From positions 136,256 through 200,255 of IMG/VR virus record IMGVR_UViG_3300044620_001883: 64,000 nt of DNA. One strand, 5' to 3'. A program made the position numbers and the translations under genes. Source of the DNA: a virus. Its lineage: Duplodnaviria > Caudoviricetes. The notes beneath the pieces are model-generated. The model saw only the letters and a program-made list of their open reading frames with translations, ran no database searches and was not told the origin of the DNA. Shown piece after piece: positions 60,909-64,000 of the stretch. Position 1 is the first letter of the stretch; each line of letters opens with the position of its first letter.

Positions 60909-62286
60909 CCTGACCCAGTACCTGGATACCGCCGATTCCGCCGCCGGTACTGGGCTGTGGCGGCAAGCCCTCCCGCCTGAGGAGTTGCGGTTGTTGCTGG
61001 CAATGTCGCAGAGTCTGCAGGGAGTTGGAGTAGCGGCGCTCCTGCAGCGGCTCCTCACTGTGGAGCATATGCTCCGCGTGCCTGCGGTGGTGCTGCCGGA
61101 TCAAATTGAGGTGATCGGCATGGACGTGGAGAAGTCCATACGGATCATTGAAGGGAACGCCGCCAGCAGTGCCTCCGATGCCGTGGGCACGGAGCACCTT
61201 CGCGCACTCTACTTCCCCCGCAGAGTCGTGCATACGCTGGACGGTACGGCTGTTTGGATGGACGAGGATGGCCTGCTTGTGATGCTCAATGGCAATCTGC
61301 CTCTGCTGCCTGACCCGAATGCGCTGGTGACGACGACCGCGTGGCATACCTGGTATGCCATCCCATGCATGGCATCGCAGGAAATTATCACCATTGAACT
61401 TCTCTCCGGTGAGACGCTTCTGGTTGGAGTGGATTTCTACCAGTCCGCCGATCGCTTGATCTTCCGGGAACACCCGCTCAGCTACGACGCGACGGGAAGT
61501 TTGACGTTTGTTTACCGCCAATACGCTCCCACCCCCGCTGCCTACAGCCTGCGCCAGGACATCGCTTTCATGCGACAGGCCAGTGTCGCCCAAGTGAGCC
61601 GCCGCGTGCCCACCGTTGAACGCTTGCAGCAAATGCTTTGCGACCTGGCCGGGCTGTGTTGTCTCGAACACGCCGACACCATCCAAAGTTTTACGGTGTT
61701 GGATACGGGTGTGCGGTATTCAGGACTGTCGCGAGATTATCTCGTCCCCTACGACCACACTCCGGTCGCGGTGGGAACAAACCTGGCGTCCGGGTATGTA
61801 TTTGGGGAGGGTATCAAACTGCACAGCCGTGGGACCGCCGGGGCGAACTGGTGGCAGAATCTTGACTGGTCGGTGGGGTTGGCGTTGGACGCAGTCTGCC
61901 CCGTCCCTGGGCTCACGATGCCCGGACGGCCGATCCGTGCGCTGGGGTATGACGACAATGGCACCGTGCGCGTGCATCTTTTCCCTGAAGGCACACCAGC
62001 CAACATTGCGCGGTATCAAACATGGTGCCGGGATCAAGAACGGCGCCTGCCTGCGTCGAAACATCTCGCACCACTCCTGGATGCCCGCGATCCTGGTAGC
62101 ATGGACGAGGCAGGTGACGAGCTGCAGGTGGATGGGTTGGAACTTCTGTTCAACCAAGTCTGGGGGCGGCGCGTCATCATAGCCGACATCCGGAACTCAG
62201 TGCCGATGCGAGTTGTAGCGGCACTGCGTGAGTGGTGCCCAACCACCGCTGTGCTGCTGATTCGCCACTTGCCTGACCTACCCTAG
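60895..62286 (+). CDS. Baseplate wedge (gp7/gpI-like) protein (inferred)
   Basis: 463 aa following baseplate J. Confidence 0.5.
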   Translation: MKQPNLTQYLDTADSAAGTGLWRQALPPEELRLLLAMSQSLQGVGVAALLQRLLTVEHMLRVPAVVLPDQIEVIGMDVEKSIRIIEGNAASSASDAVGTEHLRALYFPRRVVHTLDGTAVWMDEDGLLVMLNGNLPLLPDPNALVTTTAWHTWYAIPCMASQEIITIELLSGETLLVGVDFYQSADRLIFREHPLSYDATGSLTFVYRQYAPTPAAYSLRQDIAFMRQASVAQVSRRVPTVERLQQMLCDLAGLCCLEHADTIQSFTVLDTGVRYSGLSRDYLVPYDHTPVAVGTNLASGYVFGEGIKLHSRGTAGANWWQNLDWSVGLALDAVCPVPGLTMPGRPIRALGYDDNGTVRVHLFPEGTPANIARYQTWCRDQERRLPASKHLAPLLDARDPGSMDEAGDELQVDGLELLFNQVWGRRVIIADIRNSVPMRVVAALREWCPTTAVLLIRHLPDLP

Positions 62287-62298
62287 CAACCCTATCTT
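62269..62298 (+). promoter_or_regulatory. Putative promoter TTGCCT-N18-TATCTT; leaderless to GTG 62305
   Basis: 6-nt gap to the start codon. Confidence 0.4.
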
Positions 62299-62304
62299 TA
62301 CCCC

Positions 62305-62829
62305 GTGAATGTCACATTGATAAAACAAGAGCCGCGGATTCAGTCTCTGCCGACGCACGGCAACACTGCATTATGGCTACTCACGGTCACAGCTGTCGTG
62401 ACGGACAATCTAGGAGCGGCGGACAGCAACATTTTCGTCTATCAGGCCTCCCCTCGTTTGGGTTTGGGAGATCGTTTCGCCGCCGTCGCCAGCGCCGCTC
62501 AGATGCTTGATCTGCCCGCTGTAAAAGATGGGGGCTCCTATTACAGGCACAACATGGCCGTGCTTCTCTGCCGGTCAGCGGCTGAACTGAGCGCGGTGTG
62601 GCAGGGGCTGCAGGATGACGCGCGACTGTTGGTGGCAGACTGGAGCAAGCTGGCTGCGGCCAGTACTAGCGACTTGGCGTTCATCACGCCAGGCCAGGCG
62701 GTCGAGGCCATCGCCGATGAAGCTGATCGGCAGGTCCGCGCCGTGTTCAGCGCCGACTTTAGCATGATCGAATTCTACAACGCTGCGGGTGTAAAAATCG
62801 GCGAGCAGCTTATCACACGTTCCATCTAA
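62305..62829 (+). CDS. Hypothetical protein (possible fibre attachment)
   Basis: 174 aa between baseplate and fibre genes. Confidence 0.6.
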   Translation: MNVTLIKQEPRIQSLPTHGNTALWLLTVTAVVTDNLGAADSNIFVYQASPRLGLGDRFAAVASAAQMLDLPAVKDGGSYYRHNMAVLLCRSAAELSAVWQGLQDDARLLVADWSKLAAASTSDLAFITPGQAVEAIADEADRQVRAVFSADFSMIEFYNAAGVKIGEQLITRSI

Positions 62830-62831
62830 CC

Positions 62832-64000
62832 ATGAAGTCTTTATTGCGCGCTCTACTCCTGCTTGTTAGCACCAACCTGCTGGCTCAGGTTCAAGGTGAT
62901 TTTACTATTCCGTACAAGGACACAAGCGGACGCCCGCCGATCCTGCGCAATTGGCAGGCCACAGCCTCGTCCCTGTGGGGTACAAACAGCTCCAAACAGC
63001 CTGTGTCCATTACCATTGGCGCCGGTTTGCTCTTGAGTGGAAACGTGTTGCGCGGTACCGGAGGTACCGGAGGTACGGTGACATGGGGTGACATCACCGG
63101 AACTTTGGCAAATCAGACGGATCTACAGGCTGCTTTATCCACCAAACAACCGCTGGCAGCTGCGCTCACCACGCTGAGCACAGCTACAGCGGCCGGACTT
63201 GCCTTGATGGATGACGCCAATGCGGCGGCCCAGAGATCTACTCTGGGTCTGGGTACCTTGGCCACACAGTCTGCGACTATCACAGACTACCTGCTGACGA
63301 CCACTGCGACTGCGACATTTGCCCCGGTAGCGTCTCCTACATTCACAGGCACTGTTGTCATTCCAGCTGGTGCGGACATCGCCGGGTACCAAAGCACGGC
63401 AGGCACCTTGGCCTTAGCTGGTTTCAGCTCGATCACAGGCACGCTCTCTGATGGGAACATAGCAAGCGCCGCAGCATGGAACGCCAAACAATCCGCTCTC
63501 GTTTTTGGGACTGGGTTGACCAACACAGCTGGGACTGTTTCCGTTAACGTCTCACAGGCCATCACCTCGTTGAGTAATCTGACCAGTAACGGTTTTGTGA
63601 AAACCACCGGAGGCAGCGGCGCGTTGACGGTGGACACCACATCGTACGAGCCCGCCATAGGTGCCGGTACGTTGGCTCTTTCCAAGCTCGCCACCGATCC
63701 GCTGGCGCGGGCGAACCACACCGGTACGCAAGCCTGGAGCACCATCACAAGCACGCCGACGACGCTCTTGGGTTATGGTATCACTGATGGTATTACAGCC
63801 GCTGTTGTGGGGGCCACGTATGAGCCCATCTTAGTTGCTGGTACCACAGGACAATACTACCGGGGAGACAAGAGCTGGCAGACTCTCAACGCCACGGCTG
63901 TCGGTCTCGGCAACGTGAGCAATGCGCTCCAGCTCGTCGCGGCGAACAACCTCAGTGACTTAGCCAGCGTATCGACCGCTCGTAGCAACCTTGGCCTCGC
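62832..64000 (+). CDS. Tail-fibre-like protein with an N-terminal signal-peptide-like sequence, 3'-truncated (not in the supplied track)
   Basis: Manually translated: MKSLLRALLLLVSTNLLAQ...VTWGDITGTLANQTDLQAAL...LMDDANAAAQRSTLGL...ARANHTGTQ...TPTTLLGYGITD...YYRGDKSWQ...NNLSDLASVSTARSNLGL; open to the window end. Confidence 0.85.
   Translation, partial: MKSLLRALLLLVSTNLLAQVQGDFTIPYKDTSGRPPILRNWQATASSLWGTNSSKQPVSITIGAGLLLSGNVLRGTGGTGGTVTWGDITGTLANQTDLQAALSTKQPLAAALTTLSTATAAGLALMDDANAAAQRSTLGLGTLATQSATITDYLLTTTATATFAPVASPTFTGTVVIPAGADIAGYQSTAGTLALAGFSSITGTLSDGNIASAAAWNAKQSALVFGTGLTNTAGTVSVNVSQAITSLSNLTSNGFVKTTGGSGALTVDTTSYEPAIGAGTLALSKLATDPLARANHTGTQAWSTITSTPTTLLGYGITDGITAAVVGATYEPILVAGTTGQYYRGDKSWQTLNATAVGLGNVSNALQLVAANNLSDLASVSTARSNLGL

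Noticed and set aside
1-64000. Long minus-strand and alternate-frame ORFs in the track (e.g. 59706-61058, 51252-52559, 48905-50176, 37611-38678, 42406-43476)
   Set aside because: They shadow well-supported + strand genes in GC-rich DNA, have no recognisable motifs, and the + strand is already densely tiled.
1-64000. Stop-codon reassignment, as in some large phages
   Set aside because: Genes are full-length under the standard code, and TAA, TGA and TAG all end genes at sensible boundaries (TAG at 5705, 12887, 22188, 62286).
1-64000. CRISPR array, tRNA genes, reverse transcriptase/DGR or retron
   Set aside because: I saw no regularly spaced repeat-spacer array, cloverleaf with T-loop/CCA, YxDD RT motif or TR/VR pair. 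The repeats found are in-frame coding repeats. A tRNAscan/CRISPR scan was not run.

Overview
This 64 kb window is a fragment of a large, GC-rich contractile-tailed (myovirus-type) bacteriophage genome. All credible genes are on the + strand. From left to right: (i) 0-8.3 kb, putative virion-cargo genes, including an HExxH protein, an ADP-ribosyltransferase-like protein and a HAD-phosphatase/Zn-ribbon/RNA-polymerase beta' (NADFDGD) fusion with an intein; (ii) 8.3-11.8 kb, a fibre module; (iii) 11.9-23 kb, an accessory block with a lipoprotein, a holin-like protein, a CHAP endolysin, a HAD protein, a MazG-like fusion, and an HNH gene invaded by a GIY-YIG endonuclease, followed by a ~133-nt structured RNA candidate; (iv) 23.6-26.6 kb, the C-terminal half of beta' with a second intein; (v) 26.6-38.6 kb, head/internal proteins, prohead protease, scaffold and major capsid; (vi) 38.7-64 kb, neck, sheath, tube, spike, a chaperone with a -1 slippery site, tape measure, baseplate, a Cys-repeat protein, three CxxC genes, a sigma70-family factor and a second fibre. 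The strongest unexplained signals are: a K-x-A-[A/S/G] motif concentrated in head, cargo and RNAP proteins (candidate protease/packaging tag); two tail-fibre-like proteins with near-identical signal-peptide-like N-termini; a Cys-repeat tail protein next to a CxxC gene trio; a self-contained ncRNA candidate; and a TTG-N16-18-[C/T/G]AnnnT promoter class that mostly gives leaderless mRNAs. Gene starts generally lack Shine-Dalgarno sequences. All functional calls come from motif recognition by eye; no database searches were run.
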